Positions 17,955 through 27,489 of a stretch of DNA of 29,441 nucleotides are shown here, in pieces. The notes beneath the pieces are model-generated. The model saw nothing but the letters and a program-made list of their open reading frames with translations. It was not told the origin of the DNA and searched no databases. The stretch's first letter is position 1. Each line of letters starts with the position of its first letter. Source of the DNA: Candidatus Angelobacter sp. (lineage in GTDB: Bacteria; Acidobacteriota; Terriglobia; Terriglobales; Acidobacteriaceae); contig JBAVUZ010000268.1 of the NCBI GenBank assembly GCA_049697035.1, forward strand, positions 1 to 29,441. Direction: 5' to 3'. The position numbers were made by a program, and so were the translations under genes.

Positions 17955-18149
17955 TCAATCTGCGGAAACGGGCTTAACGCCAAGTGAATCGATTTCCTTG
18001 AGAATGGTCTGGAGTCGTTGTTCCAGCTGTTTTTTGGTTCGCGGTTTTCTTTCTGTTCTTGTAAATTGCCCGTAATTGGCAATGGAGCGCCGGTAAAAAT
18101 CGGCAGTTTTCACCAGCAGGTCGGCCTTAGGATCATTTTGGGTGGACAT
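17955..18149 (-). CDS. Small hypothetical protein (64 aa)
   Basis: Co-oriented ORF between the helicase and rpoD with a helical-looking sequence; no clear RBS or recognisable family. Confidence 0.4.
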   Translation of the reverse strand: MSTQNDPKADLLVKTADFYRRSIANYGQFTRTERKPRTKKQLEQRLQTILKEIDSLGVKPVSAD

Positions 18150-18274
18150 GATTCTATTCTATAGGAGAATCTGTCAAGTGTGTCCCTAATAAGAACAGGT
18201 CTTTAGCGGTATTTCCGCCAAAGACCTTTAAAACACCTGTTTGCAGGATAACGGCTCCCCAGACTTAGTAAGTC

Positions 18275-19507
18275 TTAGACCGTATACCGCTGAAAAACCT
18301 CTCCGGGAAGGCGAACCATCCTGGATCCAGGCTTCACCGGCTCCGGCCGCATGCTGGAAACGTCCACCGGCATGGCCCGTTCTTCCCGTACAAGTCCGGT
18401 ATCAACGTGCCCGCGACGCATCTTCAGTTGCAGCGTCCGCTCGATTCTGGCGAGGTCGGAGCGCTCCACTCCTGAATAAAACGTGATGGCAGAACCGGTT
18501 GCGCCGGCGCGGCCTGTGCGTCCCACCCGATGGATGAAGTCTTCCGGTATCGCTGGCAGATCGTAATTAATTACCTGAGCAATATCGTCAACGTGGATTC
18601 CGCGAGAAGCTACGTCGGTGGCCACCAGAACTCGCGACGTCCCATGCTGGAAGGCTGTCAGAGCGCTGTTCCGCTGCGATTGGCTTCGGTCGCCATGCAA
18701 TACGCTCACAGCTATTCCCTGGCGGTTCAGCTTTTCAGCCAGCCGCTCAGTCGCTCGCTTGGTGCGAACAAAAATCAGCGTTCGCCCGGTTTCCTCACTG
18801 AGCAAGCGCTTCAGCAGTGAAAGCTTTTGGTCCGCATGAACTTCGTAAGCCAGCAGATTGACCGATTCGGAAGCTTTCGTAGTCGAGCCAAAAGCCAGCC
18901 GTACGGCACCGCTTGCGTATTCATCGACCAGGTATTGGACGGAAGGCTCCAGCGTGGCGGAGAAGCACAGGGTCTGCCGCGATCTTGGCAGCCTGCTGAT
19001 AATCCTGCGGATGGCTGGGATGAATCCCATGTCCAGCATTCTGTCCACTTCGTCCAGCACAAGCGTTTTAATGCCAGCGAGTGAAATCAGTTCACGATCA
19101 TAGAGGTCTTCAAACCTGCCGGGGGTAGCGATGATCAGCTTGGCTCCGGAGCGCACGGCACGGAGTTGCGATCTCTCCGCAACGCCACCAATCAGCAGCG
19201 CTGCGGGCGGCAGTTTCTTGCCGCGCAGTTGTTCATATTGTTTGCCGATTTGCAGTGCCAGCTCTCGCGTGGGCACCAGAACCAGGGCGCCAGGCCGCGA
19301 TTCTGTTTGCTGCATCAGCTTGTCCATCACGGGTACCAGAAAGGCAAGGGTCTTGCCGGTACCAGTCTGGGCCGTGGCGACAACATTTTTGCCGCTGGCC
19401 GCATGCGGAATAGCAGCCTCTTGGACTTCAGTTGGGGTTACAAATTCGGACGCACGCAGGCGATCCAGTAGATATGGAGATATGGGAAGCTCTTTAAACG
19501 TAGACAC
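18275..19507 (-). CDS. DEAD-box family ATP-dependent RNA helicase (RhlE-like)
   Basis: Q motif (FKEL...PTEVQ), AQTGTGKT, PTRELA, TPGR, DEVD, SAT, HRVGRTGRAG; GTG start. Confidence 0.95.
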   Translation of the reverse strand: MSTFKELPISPYLLDRLRASEFVTPTEVQEAAIPHAASGKNVVATAQTGTGKTLAFLVPVMDKLMQQTESRPGALVLVPTRELALQIGKQYEQLRGKKLPPAALLIGGVAERSQLRAVRSGAKLIIATPGRFEDLYDRELISLAGIKTLVLDEVDRMLDMGFIPAIRRIISRLPRSRQTLCFSATLEPSVQYLVDEYASGAVRLAFGSTTKASESVNLLAYEVHADQKLSLLKRLLSEETGRTLIFVRTKRATERLAEKLNRQGIAVSVLHGDRSQSQRNSALTAFQHGTSRVLVATDVASRGIHVDDIAQVINYDLPAIPEDFIHRVGRTGRAGATGSAITFYSGVERSDLARIERTLQLKMRRGHVDTGLVREERAMPVDVSSMRPEPVKPGSRMVRLPGEVFQRYTV

Positions 19508-19920
19508 TTAGAGTTTTTTTGCTTTCTTTTGATCGGCGGCGGGTGCTGACAGAGACGTTTATCAAAACGTCAGGGCAGAGTGATCTCATGCCGATATTTT
19601 TCAATTTTCGCCGTAGACAATCGGAGGTAAGTCAGTATGGGAATCCTGGACCAGATCTCGATCTTGAGGAGCCCTGCAACCGCGGATCTAAAGCAAAACC
19701 AGTATAGCACAAAAATGGTGCAGTTAGTCGGAAGCGTGTGACTAAGGTTTACTACTTTGCTTTCAGGCGCTTGCGGCCTTTGTTCTAGCCGTTTGCCCAG
19801 CGCGGGGTTGCAGCAACTGTTAAGTCGCTGGATTCTAAATTGCTCGTAAACAAAAATCATCCCCGCGCCAGCTCGCAGAATCAATAACCAGGGACCAACT
19901 TCTCGTTCTGAGGTGCGCGC

Positions 19921-21045
19921 ATGCAACTCAAACCCTTTGTGCTCGATGTCTGGCTCGACCAATACGAACATGGCATAGAATTCAACCTGGCTGCGAGCAC
20001 AGGGCCCACCTGGACCGTCAACGACATACTTGCCCTGGCTGACGACGAAACGCGCCATCGCTTCCTGAATCACAAGCTGGTCTACAGCCACCCCGCCGGC
20101 GCTGACAGTCTGCGCGAGGCCATCGCTGAAATGCAGCGTGTCCCGGTGGAAGCCGTCCAGATCGTGACTGGCGCCTCCGAGGCGCTGGTGACCCTGATGT
20201 GGCTGGCCGCCGAGCCTGGCGCGAACGTAATCATCCCGCTGCCTGGCTTCACCACTTTCTCGGCGCTCCCGCAATCTCTAGGCCTGGAAACCCGCTTCTA
20301 TCGCGTGCGCCGCGAGAACGGCTTCCGCATCGACCCCGATGAGATCAAGCGGCTCGCCGACTCGAAAACCAAGCTCATCCTGGTCAACAGCCCGCACAAT
20401 CCCACCGGCGCGACTATCAGCGACGACGAAATGCAAGCGCTGCACGACTTCACCGCTGAGCACGGAATCCAGTTGGTGAGTGACGAGGTCTACCATCCCA
20501 TTTACCACGGAAGGCAGACGAAATCGGCGGCGCGCCTGCCGCACGCTACCGTAATCGCCGATCTCTCAAAAGCGTTTTCGATTGCCGGCGTACGCACAGG
20601 GTGGATGATCGAGCACGATGCCCAGCGTCGCCAGCAATACTGGAACGCGCGCGCCTACTTCTCAATCAGCAACACCACCACCGGAGAAATTCTTTCCGAA
20701 ATCGCAATCCGTAAACGTGACGTCGTGCTCGGCAAGGCCCAGGAGACTGCTACTCGAAACCTCAAGCTCCTTGAGCGCTTCATGGCGGACTATCGCGACG
20801 TACTCGGCTGGATTCCGCCGCAGGGCGGCATGACCGCGTTCCCCTGGCTGCTGAGCGGAGAAGACGCTCGCCCGTTTTGTCAGGCCGCCGCAGAGCAGGG
20901 AATCCTTTTGGCTCCCGGCGATTGCTTTGATGTGTCGTCGCATTTCCGGCTGGGCTTTGCCGCCGCCGGAGAGAATTTCTCCACGGCGCTTGACCGCTTC
21001 GGAGTATTCGTCAAGAGTTGGGCTTCCAGGATGGCCATAGCATGA
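19921..21045 (+). CDS. PLP-dependent aminotransferase, class I/II
   Basis: NSPHNPTG, SDEVY, DLSKAFSIAGVRTGW (PLP lysine), FRLGF; RBS gaggtg. Confidence 0.92.
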   Translation: MQLKPFVLDVWLDQYEHGIEFNLAASTGPTWTVNDILALADDETRHRFLNHKLVYSHPAGADSLREAIAEMQRVPVEAVQIVTGASEALVTLMWLAAEPGANVIIPLPGFTTFSALPQSLGLETRFYRVRRENGFRIDPDEIKRLADSKTKLILVNSPHNPTGATISDDEMQALHDFTAEHGIQLVSDEVYHPIYHGRQTKSAARLPHATVIADLSKAFSIAGVRTGWMIEHDAQRRQQYWNARAYFSISNTTTGEILSEIAIRKRDVVLGKAQETATRNLKLLERFMADYRDVLGWIPPQGGMTAFPWLLSGEDARPFCQAAAEQGILLAPGDCFDVSSHFRLGFAAAGENFSTALDRFGVFVKSWASRMAIA

Positions 21046-21167
21046 CGGTCACACCTGATGGTTCCAGCATTCACGGGAGCTTGCTGCGACGCATTCAAGA
21101 ACACTTGATTAGTGTCATTTTCCCGCCCAAGGCGGAGAGACCGTTTGCGGGAGGCCGTCGAATCTTT

Positions 21168-21563
21168 TTAGAGCAGCATTTCGCTTTTCAACTTTTGATA
21201 TCCGGCCTGCGTCAGCCTGCCCAGTTCCTCAAACCAGTCTGGGTTCGCCGTGGTGAAGTTAAAGCAAGCCTGTCCCTGCATTGTTTTCTTTAAGGAAGGG
21301 GAAATTCGGTCTGAGAGATCGGGAAACATATATAAGGCGGGAAGATAGAAGCTGACGTAATTTTTCTTGATTTTGGCGCCGGCAAAGAACATGCGCCGGC
21401 CGTTCATGCTGGAAGAACGAGTCTCCAGGTAGCAATTTCCCGGCTTGTCAGTGCGGATGGCCAATTCGCTCTCATAGGGCTTAAGCAGCTGCCGCAGCAC
21501 CGTAAAAATCGCGCTGTGTCCCTCTGCTCTGGCCGCCGCTGTCCCGTTATTTTCAACAGCCAT
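21168..21563 (-). CDS. Conserved hypothetical protein (DUF1801/YdhG-like)
   Basis: KKNYVSFYL...L.P.LKK.MQG.ACFNF pattern; ATG at 21563 after agga. The upstream ORF extension overlaps another gene and is rejected. Confidence 0.7.
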   Translation of the reverse strand: MAVENNGTAAARAEGHSAIFTVLRQLLKPYESELAIRTDKPGNCYLETRSSSMNGRRMFFAGAKIKKNYVSFYLPALYMFPDLSDRISPSLKKTMQGQACFNFTTANPDWFEELGRLTQAGYQKLKSEMLL

Positions 21564-21648
21564 ATCGCATTCCTGGGCTGGAAATTGACGGGCCAGCCGG
21601 TTCCCATGAGTTTCAACGTTACAAGTCCGGCCAAATCCCCCGCAATCC

Positions 21649-21861
21649 TCAAAGGCTCGGCAGTTCGATCGTTCCCTGATGCTTCCGTTCCTGGATGTGG
21701 TCCCAGACAAGTTTGTCAGCCACAAAAGAGGCTTGTTTCTTCGAGAGTCCCATGTCTTGCGACGAAGACTCAATGCGGATGGCATACCGTTGTCCGCATT
21801 TTCCGCAGACAACGGTTTCCATAGGTGTCTCATTGGGAACAACTTCCGCTGTCCCTCTCAC
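21649..21861 (-). CDS. Small hypothetical protein with CxxC and Hx5H (possible metal-binding)
   Basis: VVCGKCGQRY...WDHIQERKH; directly follows the RRM gene; start uncertain (GTG 21861 or the downstream ATG). Confidence 0.55.
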   Translation of the reverse strand: MRGTAEVVPNETPMETVVCGKCGQRYAIRIESSSQDMGLSKKQASFVADKLVWDHIQERKHQGTIELPSL

Positions 21862-21881
21862 ACGCCTTGCTACGCTCGGTC

Positions 21882-22232
21882 TTACCAACGGGGTTCACGA
21901 CGCTGGCGTGGTCCGCGATCATTGCCGCCACGGTCATTTCCACGGCCCCGGCCACCACCGCCGCCGCCCCCAAACCCGCTACGGGGAGCTTGTGGTCTCG
22001 CTTCGTTTACCGTAAGTGCCCTCCCGCCGGAGTCTTTGCCGTTCAGCGCTGCCATCGCTTTTTCTGCTTCATCATCGTTGGGCATCTGGACAAAACCAAA
22101 ACCCCGGGACCGGCCTGTATCGCGATCGGTCGCGACCGATGCGCTGTCAATGGCTCCAAAAGGCTCAAACAGCGCCCTGAGTTCAGGTTCTGTCATGTGG
22201 AATGAGAAATTGCCAACGTAAATCTTCTTCAC
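21882..22232 (-). CDS. RRM (RNP-1) RNA-binding protein with Gly/Arg-rich tail
   Basis: RNP2 IYVGNF, RNP1 RGFGFVQM, LTVNEARP; GTG start after aaaggag. Confidence 0.95.
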   Translation of the reverse strand: MKKIYVGNFSFHMTEPELRALFEPFGAIDSASVATDRDTGRSRGFGFVQMPNDDEAEKAMAALNGKDSGGRALTVNEARPQAPRSGFGGGGGGGRGRGNDRGGNDRGPRQRREPRW

Positions 22233-22350
22233 TGCGACTCCTTTGTCGTTGTTGCTTGGGTGGTGCTGTTCTCAGCAGAAATAGGCAGGGGCGAATGCGG
22301 GAAATGTCTATCTGAGTCGAGGACAACTCACTGCTACTTAATACTACACC

Positions 22351-22372
22351 TTTGGGCGGGGCCCCGCCCAAA
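22351..22372. terminator. Palindromic hairpin after the 22377-22583 gene
   Basis: tttgggcggggccccgcccaaa is a perfect inverted repeat, 4 nt after the stop codon. Confidence 0.55.
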
Positions 22373-22376
22373 GTCT

Positions 22377-22583
22377 CTAAAAATCGTGAAAGCCGAAACC
22401 TTCAGGAATGCCTTCTTCGTTATAGGTAACGGTCAGGTCTTTGGGCTTTTCAGGAGCGTTGGGATCCGTCTCCTGGTCTTGTGTCTTGCGTTGCAGCTTG
22501 CGTTGGGCTTTTTCAGCCTGTTTATCCTGCCGCTGCCGCTCTTTTTGGCGCTTTGCAAAGGTGGTTCGAGAGCTTCCAGCCAT
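22377..22583 (-). CDS. Small basic/coiled hypothetical protein (68 aa)
   Basis: RBS aggag 5 nt before the ATG; TFAKRQKERQRQDKQ basic helix, acidic C-terminus. Confidence 0.75.
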   Translation of the reverse strand: MAGSSRTTFAKRQKERQRQDKQAEKAQRKLQRKTQDQETDPNAPEKPKDLTVTYNEEGIPEGFGFHDF

Positions 22584-22807
22584 GAGCACTCCTGATTCAG
22601 AATTTTGTGAGGAGAGCCAACCAGCCCGCCCTTTTCTCTATTGTACTTTATGCGCGCTCGTCACGCACCATAGAAAGCAGTTTTGCTCATTTATAGGAAC
22701 AACATATTGGCGCGGGATTTAAGTTTTCTCAACCCAACGGCGAAAACAGCGTGTTGTTGCCTCGCATCCTAATTTCTATAGTCCTAAGGATGAAGGAGAG
22801 TTTCGCG

Positions 22808-24568
22808 ATGGCCAAAACTGCTGCTGATGTGTTGATTGAAGGATTGATTGACTGGGGAGTCGATGTCATTTTTGGTTTGCCGGGAGATGGCATTAACGGC
22901 ATCATGGAATCTTTGCGTACGCACCAGGAGCAAATTCGTTTTGTCCAGGTACGGCATGAAGAAGCTGCCGCCTTTATGGCCTGCGCTCATGCAAAGTTTA
23001 CGGGAAGGCTCGGCGTGTGCCTCGCCACCTCAGGCCCGGGAGGTGTTCATCTGTTGAACGGTCTTTACGATGCCAAGCTCGATGGCGCTCCCGTCCTGGC
23101 TATAACCTGGTTGCCATATCACGACCTGAACGACACGTTCACCCAGCAGGATGTCGCGCTGGATCGTCTCTTTATGGATGTGGCTGCTTACAATACGCGC
23201 GTGATGGGACCCACCCATGTTGAAAATATCATCGAACTCGCTTGCCGCACCGCCACGGTGTATCACAAAGTGGCGCACATCGCATTTCCCACTGATATTC
23301 AGGACATGAAGGTCGAACGCAAGACCGCGTCCAAGCGCAATATCAAAGGCCACGTTTCCCACGTTCATGCGGATGGTGGACACTCTCCCAACGACTCTGA
23401 CCTGCGCCGCGCCGCCGATGTGCTCAATGCAGGTAAGAAGATTGCCATCTTGGCCGGTCAGGGCGCATTGCACGCGACTGACGCGTTGGAACAGGCCGCG
23501 GAAAAACTCGGCGCGCCGATCGTAAAAGCGCTGCTTGGTAAAGCGGCGGTTCCCGATGATAGTCCATACACCACAGGCGGCATCGGACTGCTGGGCACCA
23601 AACCCTCACAGGAAGCTCTGGAAGATTGCGACACGCTGTTGATCGTGGGCTCGTCCTTTCCCTATATCGAGTTCATGCCCAAGCCGGGAAAAGCACGCGC
23701 GGTGCAGATAGATCTTGATCCTGTGCGCATTGGGTTGCGCTATGACGTTGAAGTCGGCTTGGTGGGAGACAGCCGCCGCACGCTGGAAGAGTTGCTGCCG
23801 CTGGTCAATCGCAATAAGGATCGCAGCTTTCTGGAGACAGCGCAGAAGGGGATGAAAGACTGGTGGGAGCTGATGCGCAAGCGCTCTTCCAATATGGAAA
23901 AGCCGATGAAGCCGCAGGTGATTGCCCAGGAATTAGGGGACCGGTTGCGCAGTGATGCGATTGTCTGTTCAGACAGCGGCACCATTACTACCTGGTGGGC
24001 CCGCCACATTTTGGCCAAACGCGGGCAGATGTATGCATGTTCGGGCACGCTGGCCACCATGGCTTGCGGACTGCCTTACACAATCTCCGCGCAGATCGCT
24101 CACCCGGACCGCCAGTGCGTTGCGTTTGTGGGCGATGGCGGCTTCAGCATGCTCATGGCGGAACTTGTGACTGCCGTGAAATACAAGCTGCCGATTATCG
24201 TTGTAGTGGTAAAAAACAATACGCTGGGCCAGATCAAGTGGGAGCAGATGGTCTTTCTCGGCAATCCGGAATATGGCGTGGATCTTGCGCCAATCGACTT
24301 TGTGAAATTCGCGGAGGCTTGCGGTGCTGTCGGCTTCCGTGTTGACGATCCTAAAGAATGCGGTGCGATTCTGGATCGTGCGCTCACGGCGAACGCCGTT
24401 GGTCCGGTGGTGATTGAAGCTGTGGTCGATCCGTTTGAAGCTCCCATGCCGGCAAAAGTGACATTTGAGCAGGCAGCGAAATTCACGGAGTCGCTGGTGC
24501 GCGGCGAGCCAAATCGCAAGAAGATAGTAGCCACTCAGATTGCCGATAAGGTGAGAGAGTTGGTGTGA
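22808..24568 (+). CDS. Thiamine-diphosphate-dependent pyruvate oxidase/dehydrogenase-like enzyme (PoxB family)
   Basis: FGLPGDG, VRHEEAAAFMA, TSGPG, ThDP motif GDGGFSM...KNN; ATG 22808 after aaggagag. Confidence 0.92.
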   Translation: MAKTAADVLIEGLIDWGVDVIFGLPGDGINGIMESLRTHQEQIRFVQVRHEEAAAFMACAHAKFTGRLGVCLATSGPGGVHLLNGLYDAKLDGAPVLAITWLPYHDLNDTFTQQDVALDRLFMDVAAYNTRVMGPTHVENIIELACRTATVYHKVAHIAFPTDIQDMKVERKTASKRNIKGHVSHVHADGGHSPNDSDLRRAADVLNAGKKIAILAGQGALHATDALEQAAEKLGAPIVKALLGKAAVPDDSPYTTGGIGLLGTKPSQEALEDCDTLLIVGSSFPYIEFMPKPGKARAVQIDLDPVRIGLRYDVEVGLVGDSRRTLEELLPLVNRNKDRSFLETAQKGMKDWWELMRKRSSNMEKPMKPQVIAQELGDRLRSDAIVCSDSGTITTWWARHILAKRGQMYACSGTLATMACGLPYTISAQIAHPDRQCVAFVGDGGFSMLMAELVTAVKYKLPIIVVVVKNNTLGQIKWEQMVFLGNPEYGVDLAPIDFVKFAEACGAVGFRVDDPKECGAILDRALTANAVGPVVIEAVVDPFEAPMPAKVTFEQAAKFTESLVRGEPNRKKIVATQIADKVRELV

Positions 24569-24659
24569 GAAAGAACTGACGGTAATTTTTCAAAAGGCGA
24601 AGCCAATCGTGACCTCACCTTTTTTGTCTGGAAATGTCAGGTCGTTGTTGCTGGGCGGC

Positions 24660-24884
24660 CTACTTCTTTTTGGGCACCTTGGCGCCCTTTTCGCGCGCCT
24701 CTGATAGCCCTATCGCTATCGCCTGTTTGCGGCTCTTGACCGTGCCGCCTTTGCCACCCTTGCCTGATTTGAGTGTGCCTTTTTTCTTTCTGTGCATGGC
24801 GCTCTTCACTGACTTGCCGGCTGCCTTGCCGTACTTGCGACCGCTGGATTTCCTTTTCGAACTTGAACGTTTCTTGGTTGCCAT
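24660..24884 (-). CDS. DUF6496-like small basic protein
   Basis: GTLKSG...VKSRKQAIAIGLSEAREKGAKVP; strong RBS gggagg. Confidence 0.85.
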   Translation of the reverse strand: MATKKRSSSKRKSSGRKYGKAAGKSVKSAMHRKKKGTLKSGKGGKGGTVKSRKQAIAIGLSEAREKGAKVPKKK

Positions 24885-25090
24885 TTTTCCTCCCTTTTAA
24901 ATGAGAAGCGCGGAAAAGAAAATGAGTTGCGCCCCTCAACAGTGCCCTTCGGACAGCGATGGGGGAGATAAAAGGAAAAGCTGAGCTGCGCGAAACTCCT
25001 TCAGCCTGCACCATCCTCTCGCCAGAAATGTTCATCTTCTTGAATGAGACAGTGCAAGAGTTTTGAAGAGTTTGCAAAAGGAGAGGAATC

Positions 25091-26029
25091 ATGGCGCGGC
25101 GTCCCGCTACACAGAAAAAGACATCAAAGCCCGAATCCAAAGGCAAGCTGATGGCGTTTGCGAGAAAAACAAGAGGTGAGCAAAAGGAGCCGAAGCCGCC
25201 TTTTCCAACCCAGCACCAGCCTCGTCCGGGTATTGAAGCGGACGTGGAGCCACGTCCAAAATACAAAGCCCCGCTGTATCGCGGAGCAGACAAGCTTCTG
25301 GATAAAGTTGCGCTGATCACGGGAGGCGATTCCGGCATCGGCCGCGCCGTCGCCGTGCTTTATGCGCGTGAAGGCGCAGATGTCGCGGTGGTCTTCCTTC
25401 CCGCAGAGAAGAGAGACGCGCAGGAAACGGCAAGCGCAGTTCAGGCTGAAGGGCGGCGCTGCCTGTTAATTCCGGGCGATGTGAGAGACCCTGAGTTCTG
25501 TCGGGAAGCTGTGGAGCAAACTGTCGAAGAATTGGGCCGCCTCGATATTCTGGTGAATAACGCAGCTTTTCAGCAGCATCAGGAATCGATTGATGACATC
25601 AGTGAAGAGCAGTGGGAAAATACTTTCCGCACCAACATATTCGGCTACTTCCACATGGCCAAGGCCGCACTGCCTCATCTGAAACCCGGCAGCGCGATCG
25701 TAAATACCGGCTCCATCACCGGTCTGCAGGGCAACAAAGAGCTGCTCGATTATGCTTCCACCAAGGGAGCGATCCATGCTTTCACCAAATCTCTGGCGCA
25801 AAATCTGGTGGAAAAGAAAATCCGAGTGAACTGTGTAGCTCCAGGTCCGGTATGGACTCCACTCAACATCGCCGACAAGCCTGCCGAGAAAGCGGCAGAG
25901 CACGGAAAGGCGACACCCATGGAACGTCCGGCCCAACCGGAAGAAGTTGCGCCTGCATTTGTCTTTTTTGCGTCGGAGGCGGATTCCAGTTACATCACTG
26001 GCGAAGTATTGACCTTGCTGGGTGGCTAA
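25091..26029 (+). CDS. Short-chain dehydrogenase/reductase (YghA/YhdF-like general-stress SDR)
   Basis: TGGDSGIGRA, NNAAFQ, YASTK catalytic motif, VAPGPVWTP; RBS aggagagga. Confidence 0.93.
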   Translation: MARRPATQKKTSKPESKGKLMAFARKTRGEQKEPKPPFPTQHQPRPGIEADVEPRPKYKAPLYRGADKLLDKVALITGGDSGIGRAVAVLYAREGADVAVVFLPAEKRDAQETASAVQAEGRRCLLIPGDVRDPEFCREAVEQTVEELGRLDILVNNAAFQQHQESIDDISEEQWENTFRTNIFGYFHMAKAALPHLKPGSAIVNTGSITGLQGNKELLDYASTKGAIHAFTKSLAQNLVEKKIRVNCVAPGPVWTPLNIADKPAEKAAEHGKATPMERPAQPEEVAPAFVFFASEADSSYITGEVLTLLGG

Positions 26030-26084
26030 ACTACTGCTGCTTAGCGGCCTGGGGTTTTGCGCGGCAACTTCTGGCTGAAGACGA

Positions 26085-26462
26085 TTATTGACTCAGCACA
26101 AAGTCGTAACGGACTTCTATCTCGCTTTGATGCTCTGCCGATTCGTATTTCCACTTGCGGGCTGCCTGCGCCAGAGCATTCACCAGCACAGGATTGCCGC
26201 CAAGTTCTTTGACGTTAACTACACTGCCATCGGAACTCACAGTGAGCAGTACTCGCGCTACGCCCTCTATCTTCATCTTGCGCGCAAGTTCCGGATATTC
26301 CGGCGGTGGATTGTTCTTTACTTTGCGCGTGCTGCTTTGGGTCTGCGACGTTTGCGAAAACACAGTGGACACGGAAAGAGTGTGCCAAAGCAGGGTTGCG
26401 ATCAAGACAAAGAACGTAGCTTTCAAAAGACGAAGTGCACGATTTGAAAAGTCGGCGATCAT
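26085..26462 (-). CDS. TonB C-terminal domain protein
   Basis: N-terminal hydrophobic segment, then PEYPELARKMKIEGVARV...DGSV.NVK..GG.PVL..A..AARKWKY. Confidence 0.85.
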   Translation of the reverse strand: MIADFSNRALRLLKATFFVLIATLLWHTLSVSTVFSQTSQTQSSTRKVKNNPPPEYPELARKMKIEGVARVLLTVSSDGSVVNVKELGGNPVLVNALAQAARKWKYESAEHQSEIEVRYDFVLSQ

Positions 26463-26706
26463 ATGGTCTTGCGGCTTTCCTTCCCACAAATCGAACTAAC
26501 CAGAACCTCTGCGCTGCAGGGGGTTGGCAACTTTTCAGCCGCTTGCAATTGGATCATCCTATAAATGTTGTGTGTACTCCAGCATAAACAGCCTCTGCCT
26601 GCTCACGGAAGTCGATACTGACATGACCTTTTGTAATTGCCTGACGCCCGTGAGTTCCAAATGGAATTCACGGCGGAGCAGCCCACCAGTTTCCTGCAAA
26701 AGATAA

Positions 26707-26726
26707 GGGGCCTCTTGCGAGGCCCC
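26707..26726 (-). terminator. Terminator downstream of the SCO gene
   Basis: ggggcctc-GCAA-gaggcccc on the minus strand, followed by ttatcttttg. Confidence 0.7.
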
Positions 26727-26755
26727 GTTTAACAGGCAAAAACTACTCTTTGTGC

Positions 26756-27424
26756 TTACTCGTTGATTGCAGGATGTTTCTTGAATTTGCGTGGGACCGC
26801 AAATCCAATTTCCTGCGCGATCCACTGGGGCTCGCCGCTGCCCTGGCAAGTGCCCCACAGAGCCATGGGCTCATTTCCGTAGCGCAACATGCCGCTGTGC
26901 CGCGCTTTGTCCTTATCGAGTTCAGGGTCAGGGTCGGCAAAGCCAATAGCGTGCCGAAGCATATCAACTTCCTCAGGCTTACCGGTGAGGAAGGTCCAGT
27001 ATTTGTCATTGATGCCGTGCATCTTCGCGTATTCCTTGAGCTTGGCCGGACTATCTTGCTCCGGCTTGATGCTCAGGGAATAGATAAAGATTTCATGGTT
27101 GATCTGCTCGCGCAGGAGTTTCTGCACGTGTTTAAGATTGGCTGTGATCGTTGGACAAACGCCCTGGCAATCGGCATACATCAGATTCAGCACCACGATT
27201 TTGTCTTTCAGGACGTCATCGTAGAACTTCACCTTTTTGCCTTGGTGCGTGACCAGTTCCACGTTGGGAAAGTAGCGCTTGCGGATTACCTCACGTCCGG
27301 AGAGCCGGGGCGCGAACTTGCGCGGAACTGCCGGAGCCGATTCATCGGCGCGTGCCATGAGCGCTCCCGAAAAAGGCACCACGACAAGTCCGGCGAACAA
27401 CTTTCTTCTGCTAAGTTCTGACAT
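26756..27424 (-). CDS. SCO1/SenC family copper chaperone with Tat-like signal
   Basis: CQGVCP (CxxxC), distal His (ARHSG), WTFLTG; SRRKLF twin-arginine; RBS aaaggag before ATG 27424. Confidence 0.9.
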   Translation of the reverse strand: MSELSRRKLFAGLVVVPFSGALMARADESAPAVPRKFAPRLSGREVIRKRYFPNVELVTHQGKKVKFYDDVLKDKIVVLNLMYADCQGVCPTITANLKHVQKLLREQINHEIFIYSLSIKPEQDSPAKLKEYAKMHGINDKYWTFLTGKPEEVDMLRHAIGFADPDPELDKDKARHSGMLRYGNEPMALWGTCQGSGEPQWIAQEIGFAVPRKFKKHPAINE

Positions 27425-27489
27425 TTCAAAACTCCTTTCGATGTTTGTGGCGCAGCAGCATGCTTGCCGCATGCTGCTGCAGGCCGGGT

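Noticed and set aside
18150..18178. Sigma-70 promoter TTGACA-N15-TAGAAT on the minus strand
   Set aside because: The 15-bp spacer is suboptimal and the implied TSS would fall inside the 64-aa ORF; not supportable without TSS data.
19030..19065. DEVD instead of DEAD in the helicase as a sign of inactivity
   Set aside because: DExD variation at this position is common and all other motifs are intact.
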